Counted from the first letter of the whole stretch, positions 22,852-36,361 are shown. The stretch: DNA of 60,425 bases, filler included, from Hausera hauseri (GCA_046269625.1; 11 parts of 11 records of this genome joined end to end with filler, not necessarily neighbours in it); one strand, 5' to 3'. Program-made: numbers and translations. The notes: generated by a model not told the origin, from the sequence alone.

Positions 22852-25182
22852 TCATCCACCTCTACATTTCACCCATCCTTCAATATTGGCTTTCAAGGCT
22901 CTCGTAACTATTTCTATATTTTTCTTTATTTCTTCTTGATTCGGATTTACACCATTCATTACCATTATCTTATACAAGAGATAGGTTATTGTTGTCACGA
23001 TTTTATTTCGGGATATAACAGTTCTTATTATTCTTGAAAGAATATCCCTCTCTTGTATTTCATTTATCCTTTCATCTGTAGGGATGTCTGCAAACTGTTC
23101 ACTAATCTTTGCAATTTCATTCCTAATACTCTGCATTAATGAATTCGGTTTTTGTAGATTGGTATTAAACTCAACAAATGCATTATGCATTCTTGCTAAC
23201 AAAGTTTGGAATAATGTTGCCATTGATACATTGTCTACATCATAATTATCTTCTGTTGTTAGCAATCTTCTAACAACTTCATCATCTCTGGCTTTCCTAC
23301 CTTTCAACTGATAAAGTTTCGTTTTTCCTTTTGGTCTTTCACGATTTCTTTTATCCGTTTGTATTTGTTCTGATATATGTATATTTCCTCCGACTTCTAT
23401 TGGTTGTCGATTTTCCCAAATACCTACTTCATACAAAGTTTCATAATCCAGCAAGGTGCGTCCATAGAAGCGCAACTCTAATTCTCCTTGAGGCTGGTTT
23501 ATTTCGTTAATTTTATTTTTTAACATAGCTATTGTATACGACGATTTCATTCTAAGAGCATGAAAGTCTTGATTATATTGTTGGAGAGTAACTACTACTT
23601 CAGGGTTTTCTCCGACTGTCCTCACCCTGTCCGCATATCGGTAAATTACATACCGTACAATGTTCTGATATGGACTTGTACCGGCAGCATATATTAACAG
23701 TAAATCCAGTAAATTAGCAAATTGTCGATGGCTAATAGTCGGCAATAGCAACATAGACAGGTCTTGCCTAAACTGAGTGCCGTCGATCAGTTCTTGGTTG
23801 GCATAACTGGATATTTTCCGAACTATTTCTACGCCATCTTGATCTAAATCAACAGATGAAGACTCATAACTTGGAGACTTTTCCTTAGTTTTCTTTTTCC
23901 TTATTCTTTTTATCTTCTCCTTCGGTTTACTTTCTTCACTTAACTCACTTTTTTCACTTTCACTTCCCGAAGGTAAGTTAAATTCCGGAGTCTTTAATTC
24001 TTCTTCTTGTATTAAGGGTTTATCCTTTTTCTTAACCCTTTTCTTTTCAATATCTGATTCTGGTGTAGGGGTCTTTTTGGGTCTACCAATAGGAGCAATA
24101 ACTGAACTTTCACCATTCATTTTCTGCCTTTTCTCACAAGTTTGTTGTTCCTTTAATTCCAAGTACAGCTGTTTTAATTCAGCTATCTTGTCATCCTCCT
24201 CTATTGTATTGGTTTTACTTTCTTTTAATTTGGATCTAATCTTCTGCTGTAACTTTTCGATTGTTTCCTCGGGCTCTGTATCTGTGGTTTCATGTTCATT
24301 ATCCGTATCAGATATGTTGCCTACTATATCAACATTCTTTTTCTTTTGACTTGGTTGTCCTTGATTAGGGCAAGTACGAGCCATATGTCCATATTTCTGA
24401 CATGCGAAACACAATGGTTGTCCATTCTGATTAACCGGTGGTTTTCTCATCGCAGATTTTTGAGGTTGGTCTTGTTGCCACGTAACCTTCTTTTGTTGTT
24501 GTCCCGTTTGATTCTGCATTTTGTAAAATGGTTTTTGGAAATTTTTCTTTGACTGAGGATTTTTCATCTTTTTATCATCAGTTTTGGGAGGCTTTTTAGT
24601 ATTTTCTAATCTTTCATAGTTCAATTCTATCTTCCTGGTTTTACTGACAGCTTCTTTATATGTGTCAGGGTCTGCCACAATAATATAATTTTGTATTTCC
24701 TTTGTAACTCCATAGCAAAACTGAGCCAGGAGGGCGTCTTCTCTTATATCATCATCTACATATGCTCTCTGAGCCAATTTCTGGAGGGCACATGCATATT
24801 CCTGCACGCTTTCGCCTTTTCTCTGACGTCGTTTGTTAAACTCGCCAATTCGACCTTTTCCTGATGGGTCTACCAGGAGTCTCTCTTCCAGAGCGTCCTT
24901 GAGGCTAGCCCAATCAGCTTTATCCTCCTCCGTAAGCTGAGCATAAGCACTGAGTGCTATTCCTTTAAGATGTAAGGGAAGACGTTGTATCCTGAGCTCA
25001 TCTGACCATGCAAAGCTTTGTGAGTACATCTGATATTGCATCAGAAACTCACTATAATCTTGGTCCGGTTTTCCTTCAAACTTATCCATCGGGAGGACCA
25101 TTGTACTAGTCGTACTCGAGCCAGTTCCTATTCCAGAGCTAGACATTGGGTTTCTTTCTATATTTGTGTTTGGTTCAGTCAA
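22852..25182 (-). CDS. Gypsy Gag with a CCHC knuckle, extended by a ubiquitin-like domain
   Basis: Capsid region KFEGKPDQDYSEFL..RRQRKGESVQEYACALQKLAQRAY, knuckle CFACQKYGHMARTC, and UBL TIAMLKNKI..LRFYGRTLLDYETLYEVGI. Confidence 0.88.
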   Translation of the reverse strand: MTEPNTNIERNPMSSSGIGTGSSTTSTMVLPMDKFEGKPDQDYSEFLMQYQMYSQSFAWSDELRIQRLPLHLKGIALSAYAQLTEEDKADWASLKDALEERLLVDPSGKGRIGEFNKRRQRKGESVQEYACALQKLAQRAYVDDDIREDALLAQFCYGVTKEIQNYIIVADPDTYKEAVSKTRKIELNYERLENTKKPPKTDDKKMKNPQSKKNFQKPFYKMQNQTGQQQKKVTWQQDQPQKSAMRKPPVNQNGQPLCFACQKYGHMARTCPNQGQPSQKKKNVDIVGNISDTDNEHETTDTEPEETIEKLQQKIRSKLKESKTNTIEEDDKIAELKQLYLELKEQQTCEKRQKMNGESSVIAPIGRPKKTPTPESDIEKKRVKKKDKPLIQEEELKTPEFNLPSGSESEKSELSEESKPKEKIKRIRKKKTKEKSPSYESSSVDLDQDGVEIVRKISSYANQELIDGTQFRQDLSMLLLPTISHRQFANLLDLLLIYAAGTSPYQNIVRYVIYRYADRVRTVGENPEVVVTLQQYNQDFHALRMKSSYTIAMLKNKINEINQPQGELELRFYGRTLLDYETLYEVGIWENRQPIEVGGNIHISEQIQTDKRNRERPKGKTKLYQLKGRKARDDEVVRRLLTTEDNYDVDNVSMATLFQTLLARMHNAFVEFNTNLQKPNSLMQSIRNEIAKISEQFADIPTDERINEIQERDILSRIIRTVISRNKIVTTITYLLYKIMVMNGVNPNQEEIKKNIEIVTRALKANIEGWVKCRGG

Positions 25183-25282
25183 AGGGTTTTCGTCTGATTC
25201 AGAACTACTCCTTGCTGAATCAGTGCGTGAAGTTACAATATTAGCGTTAACTCTACTTCGAGTGTTATACGCCAGTGTGCCT

Positions 25283-25299
25283 CCTCACTCGGGGCACCA
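25283..25299 (-). promoter_or_regulatory. Primer-binding site, elongator tRNA-Met
   Basis: TGGTGCCCCGAGTGAGG lies one nt after ..TTATCA and upstream of gag. Confidence 0.8.
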
Positions 25300-25300
25300 G

Positions 25301-26040
25301 TGATAAGTTTATAGTCTAAGATTTTATCGGTCTTACGACCTTAAACTTATACTCTTTACTTAGGACTAAATAGAGTCTGGAGTCTCTCCTTCCCCCTAAA
25401 CCAAGAATTAATTATTCTTATGAGCAACCTGTGGGGTTGCCTTCAAACTTTTATTAAACTTAATGTGAGTACCGTTCAGGAGGGACACTGACGGTTTACC
25501 CCTTATTTATGTAATTTATCTATCCGACTAATTACAGGGTCGGATACCCTCAAAGTGGGAATTGATTTTATAATTAATTAAACCTTACTACAAAAATATA
25601 ATTATTCGTACAATTACTAAAGGAAGATTACGACAAACTTTTAATGAAGGTAAAACAAATAGTACATAGCATAAGAAAATTTATAAAATAACAAAGACAT
25701 AAAACTTACAGGAATCATAACTTATCGACATAGAAAGATTTTCTTTGTGTGTGTCTTTTACCAAGTCAATGTGAGATATTTATATACTACTTCTATAATC
25801 AATTATTACTTCTAGAGTTAATAAAAATAAAATTACTTTAACATATAGATAAGATAAAATCCACATAAATTAATTCACAGAAGAGAATAAAAAATCACCA
25901 ATAATAATAAATAAAAAAGTTTGGTTTGCACAATGTAATATAATTGTTTTATTGTTAGGCTTAGTTGTCCAATTTTATTGGTAACAATCGATTTTTATTG
26001 TCTATTAGAAATAGTCTAATTTTATGATCTATCGATTGTG
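25301..26040 (-). mobile_element. LTR; 3' end at 25301, other boundary approximate
   Basis: Non-coding AT-rich stretch ending in CA next to the PBS, flanked by co-oriented ORFs on both sides. Confidence 0.6.
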
Positions 26041-26046
26041 GTAGAT

Positions 26047-27988
26047 TCATTGACTGGTCATTGACTGAGACTCAACATCGCCATCCTCAGATAATGCTGT
26101 CCGCAGCATTAATGGGTACGTCTCTAAAGTTCCGTTTTCCAAACGATAATTCGAGGACTCAAATTGACGCCATATGCCTTTCTTCTTGAATTTTAGTTTT
26201 AAGGTTACTGTGTCTTTCGTACGTGACATCTTTTTGTTTTTCTTTGACTGTTTTTCGCACGCTGATTGAATAAAGGTAGGTATGATTGTTGTTGTTAGAT
26301 CGTCATTTGTTGAAGATACTTGACTACCGACTGAATAGGATGTTGATGGTTGGTTCGGAAACTCTCCGATATCCATTAATTCGGCGGTTAAGTCTTCGTT
26401 TAAGGGTCCTAACTGTTCGTTAGGTTTTGTTGATGGTATAAAACTCTCTTCTCTGTATTCTTTAATAGAATTATAAATTCGAAGTATGACCGTGGCTTTA
26501 TCTTTGGTTCGCTGTGGATACTTTATTTCATTGAATTTCATTAAAAGTTGTTTTTGTGACAATTTCGTCTCTGGATTTATTTCCGAATGATAGAAAAGAT
26601 CTCTTATTCTGGATATATTGTCAGCATTAAACAAGGCAAGTTGAAGATTCGTGTTAAAGACTTCTATTCTGACGATGGTCTTTCCAACTAAGGATTGACG
26701 AATATAGGGATACGTTTGATATTAATCATGTTGACCAACCAGTTCAGCCTCTCTGAATCCGGTGATTTGGCTATCATAATTATCTATTCGTTCACGGGGT
26801 GAAATTCGCTGATCTAATATAATATTTCCATCTAAATCCATTGTTGTTATTTCGATTAGAGTTATTGTTTTTGTGCGGGCTGGAGTCATTAGGTAGGCAT
26901 TGTTTATAGCTAGTATGACTATGTCATTTCTCTGTATGGTTGTCGATTTCATGAAGGATATACCTTTCTCAAATTGGGTTTTGTTTGGAGCTTTTTCTGA
27001 ATAAATAGGTATGTCGTATTCTGGTGAGGGGATTCTCTCCCTTCTTGTCACTTCAATATAGATTATCGGACTGGGTCCTCCATAAGTTCGAATTATTATT
27101 GCATTATTTTTATATAAATGCTGATCTAGGCGTATCGTAGTGAGAGCTACCATATCCAGTTTATCCAGTTCTGCTTTTTAATTGTATACCCTCCTTTGCT
27201 ACAGATATATAAGCTGAAGTTGTTGAATTAGAAATGTCTATGAGATCAGAGAGTTTTGTTGCAGTATTTGGCAACTTGATAATTAATCCGGCCCTCTGAG
27301 TTACTAAATGGCCTTTCAAGTTATTTGGAATAAATGATGCTTTGGCGTAGTAGATATAATCCTTATTGATTGTCGCATTAAGATTGTTGATAATGTTCAA
27401 ATAAAAGGATTTGGATCTATCGGATGTCTCTGAACTTTCTTGGACTAAAAAGAAATGGATTAATGTTAGCCAAGAAAGTTTTAAAAAGGAAGTAGGAGTA
27501 AAGATACTTTTGTTTAATTTACGCTTTTGGTAGGTCGTGAAATATTTAACGATCTGATTTTGTATTTTGGCGCAATAACACAATTACTTCTTTTGTTCGA
27601 CATTCTAGTCGTTTGTTCAATTGATCTCCATTATCAAGAGGAACTGATGGCCAAACTTGACATTTAAGATTGGTCGGTTCTCTAACCGATGTTTGCTTTA
27701 CTAAAGGACAATTTTTCCGTTGATTTTTATTGTCGGGCGCTTTTATATCTCTTATTGGCTCGTCTTGGGAATCCTCTCTTAATAGTTTCAATTCGTTCAA
27801 TATTTCTCTTGTTCTACACTGATGCCGTCTTTAGAATAATAAATTGTTAGGGGTACTAATATGACTACTAGTACTAAAAGTATACCTAATACGATTATTA
27901 TCCATAAATAAGGATTTGAGTTATTTTTATAACTTTGTCCAGTTGTTGTTTTAATGACTTTCATGGTTGTGATATTAATTTGTTTCAA
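26047..27988 (-). pseudogene. 3' accessory ORF region with a TM segment and a REX4/ISG20-like DEDDh domain
   Basis: TM LWIIIVLGILLVLVVILVPLTIYY. The exonuclease-like stretch LIEITTMDLDGNIILDQRISPRERIDNYDSQITGF..LVGKTIV..IRDL..DKATVILRIY is in one frame across a TAA at 26722. Confidence 0.65.
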
Positions 27989-28263
27989 CANNNNNNNNNN
28001 NNNNNNNNNNNNNNNNNNNNNNNNNNNNNNNNNNTTAATTAATTAANNNNNNNNNNNNNNNNNNNNNNNNNNNNNNNNNNNNNNNNNNNNGCTGGAAAGT
28101 TAAACGGTCATATTGGCTAACGGGGCGACTAAATACTGTTCAGTCAGTTATACTTTAATGGAACCTCACACACATAATCACAACGATGTCCTAACATTTT
28201 TCCAATTACTGAGATAATCGACCTCACACTACAGTTAATTTTGGCACTTTTGACCTAAACGCT

Positions 28264-31200
28264 ATGGTGGTCACGGGAGCGAACGTTGCATTAATAGCGA
28301 AACAAGCAATTCCGGAAAATATACGATCTCAAATAAAATTAGCCACCAAGGATTCGCTCGGTACCATGCAACGCAACAAAACTTATGGATATTGGAAATG
28401 CAAACCATGGATTTGCGGACAAATAATCAAAATAACTTTCGATGTAATGACCAACTTAGATCCAAGATGCATCCTATGGATGAATGTCTTACGGAAATTA
28501 CAAGGTGTACACATAAACTTACAATCTGGATCAATTTGCCCTAATAACGGAAATATTCCTCTTACCTACGATAAAGCAGACATCTGGGTAGGACACACTC
28601 AGAAAATACCGCCCAACTCCAAGATAGTCATACATGCTAGAACGATATTTTCAGATAATAGTATAATCGAGTTTGTACCGAAAATCTTTCGAAACGGACT
28701 TATACTGCTACATTATTGCGTTAACGTAGTCTGAGGAACTATTCCCATAGGAATTTTAAATTTGACCCAGAAATATGTCACATTATTCACAAAGGTGAAA
28801 CTTGGACGGGCCCTTGAAACTACTCGTCATGAGGAATGCAATAGTAAAATCGCAGCCATCTCAACCAAAGGAAAAGAAAAGGAGGAAGATGTACTTAATA
28901 TTGTTCTTGCAAAAGCGAAGAAAAACTTGTCAGAAGAATATCTAGAAAACTTCTCCGATCTTATCTTAGACTATGTTGACATTTTTGCCAAAAACGAAAC
29001 AGACATCGGACGAACCGATTTAGTCAAATTCAAACTATCATTTATGATTGATTTGTTAACAGGAAAAGAAATAGACTTATTGCGGCAACCCATACCAAAG
29101 TGGTACCCTCCCCCAAAAGCACTCCAAAAGGAAGCTGAGGAGCAAATTCAAAGAATGTTAGACAAGGGTATCACAGAGCCTAGTCAATCGCCATGCCCCT
29201 CTCTTATAGTTATGGCCAAGAAAGCTAATACGACAAAGCACCATTTGTGTGTAAACTATGTTACTTTAAATAAGCATCTGATAAATCATGCATATCCTAT
29301 ACATCGAATAAGAAACATTATAGACGAACTAAAAGATTGTAAATATTTTACCACATTGGATTTGCAGAGTAATTTTTGACAAATACCCGTAGCCGAAGAT
29401 CGGTGGAAAACTGCGTTTAAGACACACAAGGGTTTATCAATTTACACGTATGCCGTTTGGTTTGAAGACGACACCCACCTTCTTCTAAGAATTTATTCCT
29501 TTAGTTTTAAAAGGAGTACGCGGATTATCATACATTGACGACATTTTCATCGCATCCAAGACATGGTCAGCACATTTAATAAAATTAAAAGAAGTATTTG
29601 ATCAAATCAACCTTGCAAAGTTAAAGTTAAATCCGAGAAAATGTGAATGGTGCAAGAAAGTCAGATACCTTGGATTTGTTGTTTCTCACCAAGGTATATC
29701 AACCAGTCCTGATTTAATATCTAAAATATTGGAATATCCCTCACCAACTAACGTGAAAGAGATAAAAGCTTGGTTAGGATTAGGAGGATTTTACGCTTCC
29801 TTTATAGCTGACTTTGCAGAAAATAACCAGCCCCAATATAAGCTATTAAGAAAGGACCAAAAATGGAAATGGACAGAAGAGAACCAGAATGCATTTGACA
29901 AGATCAAATAGTATCAGCACCGATACTGAGATACCCAGATTTTTAACTTCCATTTATTCTAAAAACTGACGCTAGCATAAAAGCTATTAGTTATATATCA
30001 GCTCAGCAAAACCCTGAAGAAACAACTAAGCATGTGATTGCTTATGGAGGACAAAGTTTAAATAATGCAGAGCGAAAATACTCAACTACCGAATTAAAAC
30101 AACTAGTCATTCGGGATGGATTGCGGCATTACGAATATTATGTTTACGGTCATAGGATCATCATATTTACTGATCATAAGGCACTGTTATCCCTGTGCTC
30201 TAACAATAGACATGTATCAAGCCCACTTCAAAGATGGAAGTTAGAGCTTCTAAACTATGACCTTGAGTACCGATATCGACCAGGAAAAGAAAATATGGAT
30301 GCAGACGCACTCAAGAATACCCTATGAAAGAATAATAGCCGCAGTCCATAAACCAATAGATAACGAAAGCGATAAACAATTGAATAAAAAAATCATTAAC
30401 GATATGTTACAAGAAAAACGACAAATTCAGGTCCGGAATATCGAGACTTTACAAAATAAGTATCCATTCATTGTTCAGGTCAAACAATTAATCAATGGAC
30501 AGTTAGTTGACCCAGTATCAAGTCATATTCAACAATTTTATGCAAAAAACAAAGAAAATCTAGAAATTGAAATGACATTTTAAGATTAAAAGTTGACGAG
30601 CGACGACTGGTCCTTGTACCTACACTGGCAATTATGGCTGTTATGCTACAAGAACATGATTCACACTTAGCTGGACATCCGTCCATGAATAAGACTCTGA
30701 AGCGTATAACCGCAAAGTATTATTGGCCTCAAATAAATAAACATATTGAAGGATGGGTACATTCGTGTAAAATGTGTGCTACAAGAAAAGATAGAGGGTT
30801 TCGTGTAAAACCTTTTCTGGGTAGTCTACCTGAAGCTGGGAAGCCTATGGAAATGTGTTCAATGGATATCTCTGGACCCTTCTCAATTTCCGATTTAGGA
30901 TACAAGGTTCCAAACCCTATATATTGTCACATGTTGACTATTTCTCTCGTTATGTTGTATTAGTACCCTTAAAAAACATGACTAGTGATACTGTGGGGGA
31001 AGCTTTTTTCTATGAGGTTGTAGCCGTACTGTGCACACCGAAACAGTTGCTAACTGATCGTGCACCATATTTCATCAGCGAATTTTTCGAAAAACTGTCA
31101 AAAATATTTCAATGCAAACACCTGTTAACTACATCCTACCACCCTCAATGTAAAGGTATGGTTGAAAGGATGAATCGTACAACCCGAGGCATCCTTTCCA

Positions 31201-31650
31201 CAAAAGTAGTACATGACCAAAAAGATTGGCAAAATCATCTTAAAACTACAGCCTTTGCAATTAATACTACCCCTACTAAAGGCATCAATCACTCACCTTT
31301 TGAATTAATGTTTGGACGATTGCCTTTATTACCGCTAGATACGGAACTATTACCCTCATCCTGACAGACAAGTAACCATATGTATGAGTAATATCAGAAT
31401 TTATTCAAACGACATGAATACTTTACGAAGGAAACAAAGAAATTCGAAGAAAAATACAGAGCCGGATACAAGAAGCAATTTAATAAGAAGGCAAGATCAC
31501 ATACTTACAAAATTGGAGACTACATAAAGGTTCATTATCCCGTTGCAAAGGAAAATCGTTAAAATTAACACGTACTGGACAAGGACCGTACAAAGTTGTT
31601 GATGTGCGTCCACAGACACTTTTTGTCCAGAAAGGACCAAACAAATACGA
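28264..31650 (+). mobile_element. Gypsy pol (PR-RT-RNaseH-IN), degenerate
   Basis: Motifs PSQSPC, FTTLDLQS, MPFGL, YIDDIFI, TDAS, FTDHKAL, integrase H-H-C-C, TDRAPYF and YHPQCKGMVERMNR. Confidence 0.93.
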
Positions 31651-31714
31651 AGCGGTCTCTGTTCAACGAGTCACTCGAGCCCCTGCATCATACAACGACT
31701 TTATTCGGGAAATA

Positions 31715-33139
31715 AATATGGATTTATCTAACTCGGAAGAACATAAAGTAGCCGCTCTACTTAAAACTTGCATTCTGAATAAACCAGAAAATAGGCATTA
31801 CCAAGTTCACCTCAGCTTGGGTAAACACTTGGGTATCGTTCTGTTCATTCTAATGACAATTTTTGTAAAGATTTCAACTGTGGATACCAATCATGGCAAA
31901 ATACCAACAACTAGTACAGAATTGATCGCACGTGCTACTATTGCTCACATCGACAAAACCAAACCCAGTATTTGCCTGAAGACCCACCCATCAGTTTTTG
32001 AGCAACATGAAGTAAACTTTATCTTTATATCAAGCCATAATGCATCGACTAGCTGCACCATTCCTGAAAGGCATAACAAAACATGTCAAATTAATTACAG
32101 GATGACTTATACCCACTATGTAGTATTGAAGGCTTACAATAGGGATATTGCTACTTGGGAACCTAACATGATTCTTCATGTTCCTATTTACCAAGATATG
32201 ACGTTAGAAATCCCAGATATAGTAAAGTGTGCTCATTTCATTGTTCGATTCTTGGAGAATGATATTGAAATTTCGGGTATAAACCTCAAACCGAAAATGC
32301 CATGTATGAATTTCCGTACCACACAATTGCTGCCTAGCAATTACGAAATCAGCATATGGCTCGATCCTGTTTCCAGTTATAGCACAACCATATTACTGTT
32401 ATCTTAAGAGAAATGATACTCGGTCATGTTGTGCATTACACCCATACATTTGGTATAAAATCCGTTTTTACGCATATCGAACGCTGGAAACAAGACAATC
32501 AATTAGGGTGCATTCCTACCGTTTATCCATTCTTTCTTCGGTGAAACCAAACATACATATTCCAACTTTCGCCCAGAGTATATCTACTCGGAGGCCTGTA
32601 AACCAGACAACGACACCCAAATTACGAATTACACCTACTATGAGAGCGCACCATTATGAGTAGGAGAAAACATCCGCCAAAACCACAGAATCAGCCACCT
32701 AAAGTAAATCGGCATATATTGTATGGCAAATGGATGAAGGAATTTCCAATAAAATTCAAACTAACACCTTATACGGACCGAATTGAGATAACATTTCAAA
32801 ATAAAATAAATGGACGAAACATGGTGATAACATCCACTGGTTCTCATGAAAAAATTATTATTAAGTGCAAATAGGCGGAACTTCTGCGGAAAACTAACGT
32901 CGGATACCAATTATTTGGTAAGGATAAAAATCGAGGATAACTCCAAAATTGTAGCCATAAAAACACAGCCCACAATAGATCAATACCGTCATATAAGATA
33001 CAATGATGACGATGAGAAATGGAAGTTAATCACGGCCACGACAAAGACAACCGAAATGTATCTCTCGCAATATTGGTGGGCATTTGTAATAGTAGCGGGT
33101 ATTGGTATAATTCTTATGATGCCTTGTCACATTGGGTAG
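31715..33139 (+). pseudogene. ORF3 in the env position: signal-like peptide, FN3-like ectodomain, TM anchor
   Basis: LGIVLFILMTIFV; QLLPSNYEISIW and KLTSDTNYLVRIK fit FN3 L-x-P-x-T-x-Y; WWAFVIVAGIGIILMM. Confidence 0.5.
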
Positions 33140-33618
33140 AAAACCCAAGTACTCTATAATTAAAGGCGATTACAAATGCCCATAGTTAAGTAGAATTGAG
33201 GAACAAAATGAAAATAGAAAGCACATTAGTTCAGATCCAACCCCACCTCCTTTGGACAGAAATCAAATTACAGACGAGAGTAGAAGTGAAGTGACGTGTA
33301 CTACGTTTTGCTTTGTCCCTATTTTGGTTCTGGGACTAGTCAATAAGAATTTTTGTAGTTATTTTAAAGAGACCATGACGAATTACGTACTAGTAACCAG
33401 TCTGTTGTTTGAACCAATCATGTTACTTTATGCAGCGTATAAAATAATGACCAATAAAGAGACGATAATTAAATGTTTTAAAAACTTGATTACTGGGCCA
33501 ATTACGATAGACTTAGAGNNNNNNNNNNNNNNNNNNNNNNNNNNNNNNNNNNNNNNNNNNNNTTAATTAATTAANNNNNNNNNNNNNNNNNNNNNNNNNN
33601 NNNNNNNNNNNNNNNNNN

Positions 33619-36170
33619 CCATCTGGATCAAGAATTTTGAGCGCCTCGTAGGATCCCAAATATCTAAGCATAAATCAAGGCTGGAAATATGCAAAAAAGA
33701 TGCTTTATCCATTTTAATAGGGAGACAGCCGCAAAAAAGCTGGTGGAGCACAAGACGTACTGCAATACAAACTATTGCATCCGAGCAGAATTTCCCAAGG
33801 AAGATTACCTGGAATTCAAGGAGTTCGAGAAGACGTAGAAGGTGTCGATTGTTGTCTATTGTGATTTTGAGGCCATCCTTAGCCAAGTTTACAGCTGCAG
33901 TTTCAATTTGCAGCAAAGCAGTACTACAGCATACCAGTACCATGAGTTGTCTTCATACTGCATGTATGTCAAAGGACTGGACAAAAAACCCTACCTATAC
34001 AGGGGTCTAAATGCAGCAGCACATTTTATGCAGTGTCTGGAACAGTATGGCCACAAACTTGAAGACATGTTGCAGTAGCATAAAGGCTACATGGTGATGT
34101 CGCAACAAGAAAAATGTAAATGGCGCAAAGCAGCAACATACCACCTGTGCAAAAAGCCATTCATATGGGACAACCACAAAGTCAGGGATCACCGCCATTT
34201 TACAGGCATATACCGAGGCGCAGCGTGTAACAATTTCAACTTACGCTGCAAGACATGTACATATGTTCCCGTGGTATTCCACAATCTTAGAGGATACGAT
34301 TCTCACTTCATTATTCAAAAATTGGGTAATATTGAGGGAACATTGATGTGATTCCAAATTGTGAAGACAAGTACATCACCTTAACGAAGCATGTGGACCG
34401 CATTAGACTTCGCTTCATCGATAGCCTCGTGAAAAACCTTCCAGCTGATGAGCTCAGGGAGGCGAAGAGTTTCTTCTAGGATACATTTGACCTGGTTAAG
34501 CGGAAAGGAGTGTTCTCCTATGACTATATAACGCCATGGAAAAACACTGGATGAAAATGCATTACCGGACAAGAAGGAATTTTATAGTCAATTTTCATCC
34601 AGTCATATTAGCGATGCTGACTATGAGCACGCCCAAAGAGTATGGCAAACCTTCCAGAGCAGGTCAATGGGGAATACAGTGATATCTATCACCTCATAGA
34701 TGTGCTGTTGCTCACAGATATTTTCAAAAACTTCCAGGATATGACCCTTAGGAGCCACAAGTTAGATCCAGCCCATTTCTTTACTGCTCTAGGAATGTGC
34801 GGGGCAGCGATGCTGTGTTATACAGGTATAAGGCTCCAGATGTTAAAGAATTACAATATGGTCTTCATGGTTAAGAGAGGCATCTGGGGCGGAATCTGCC
34901 AGGTCGTTCAAGGTACAAGGAGATCAACAAAAATTACATGGCAAATTGTGACCCATTCAAGGCATCCAGCTATATAACATACCTGGATGCCAACAACCTG
35001 TATGGATAAGCGATCAGCAACCAATTGTTTTATGATAATTTTCAATGGGTGGAGCAGCCTCAAGTCCGAGATATTGAACGTATGGATCCCAATGGAGATA
35101 CGGGATATATGCTGGAGATGGACGTGGAATACCACATAGCATCCACACAAGGCATGAGCAGCTGCAATTTCTGCCGGAGAGCAAGAGGCCACCGAATGGT
35201 AAACATAAGAAGCTGCTCTGTCATCTCGAAAACAGGGAGAGGTATGTAGTCCACTACATAAATCTCCAACAGGCCATCCAAAATGGACTTGGTGTCATCA
35301 GGATTTATCGGGCTCTGCAGTTCAGCCAGTCTAAATTGCTGAATCCATACATAGACTTCAATACCCAGTTTAGGGCCAATGCCGAGAATGAGTTTGAAAA
35401 AGACCAATTCAAACTTTTCAACAACTCGGTCTTTGGCAAAACTATGGAGAACATCCGAAACCGAATAAACATTGAGCTGGTATGTGACTGGAAGCGGGCA
35501 AAGAAACTCATCGCTAAGCCCAACTTCCACAGCAGCACAATCTACACAGAGAACCTGGTGAGCGTCCATATGCTCAATGCATCACTTGAGTTCAACAAGC
35601 CTATATATGTGGGCATGCCCATATTGGATCTATCAAAGACCTTGATGTATGACTTTCATTACAACATCATGGTCTCCACATTCAAGGATCTCCAGCTAAT
35701 GTACATGGACACGTATAGTTTCATATACCAGATTCACACAATTGATGTCTTTGAAAAGTATTCAAAATTGGCGCGGTATATGGATACCTCGGACTATCCC
35801 AAGAATCATCCAAATTATTCAATCGTCAACAAGAAAGTCCTTGGGAAGTTTAAAGACTAGGTGAATGGGAAGACCATCACCCGTTTTGTTGCGTTGAGAT
35901 CAAAAATATACGCCATCAATATAAGTGGTCAGGTAAAGAAGCGTGCCAAGGGAGTTCAAAGGGACCCATTAGCTAAAGATGTTAACTTTGGAGATTTTGA
36001 GAGAGTGTTGCGTGAGCAAAGTCACATAGTCAGCGAGATGAAAAGGATCCAGTCCCGGGAACATCAGATTGCCACAGTTGCGTTGCGGAAAAAAGTCTGG
36101 ATTGGTTAGATGACAAGAGGCACATTCTTGAAGACGGAATCCACACACTACCTCGCGGGCATGTGGCATT
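33619..36170 (+). mobile_element. Polinton-type pPolB pseudogene, family A
   Basis: Motifs VYCDFEAIL, VRDHRHFTGIYRGAACN, FHNLRGYDSH, YLDANNLYG, FKLFNNSVFGKTMEN, YMDT, VLGKFKD and AKGV. Confidence 0.95.
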
Positions 36171-36361
36171 ATTGTAACTATGTACATATTGTTATTCTTT
36201 GTTATTCTTTGTTCAATAAATGTTGTATAGAAATATCGTGTTGTCTTCTTGATCAAGTAATGTGGGATAAGACCAAGTAAAACTTAGGTCAATAAAATCA
36301 ATAAATTTGAGTAATGAATACAGTGCGACATTTACTTGCATTAATTTTTCATTATTTTAAA

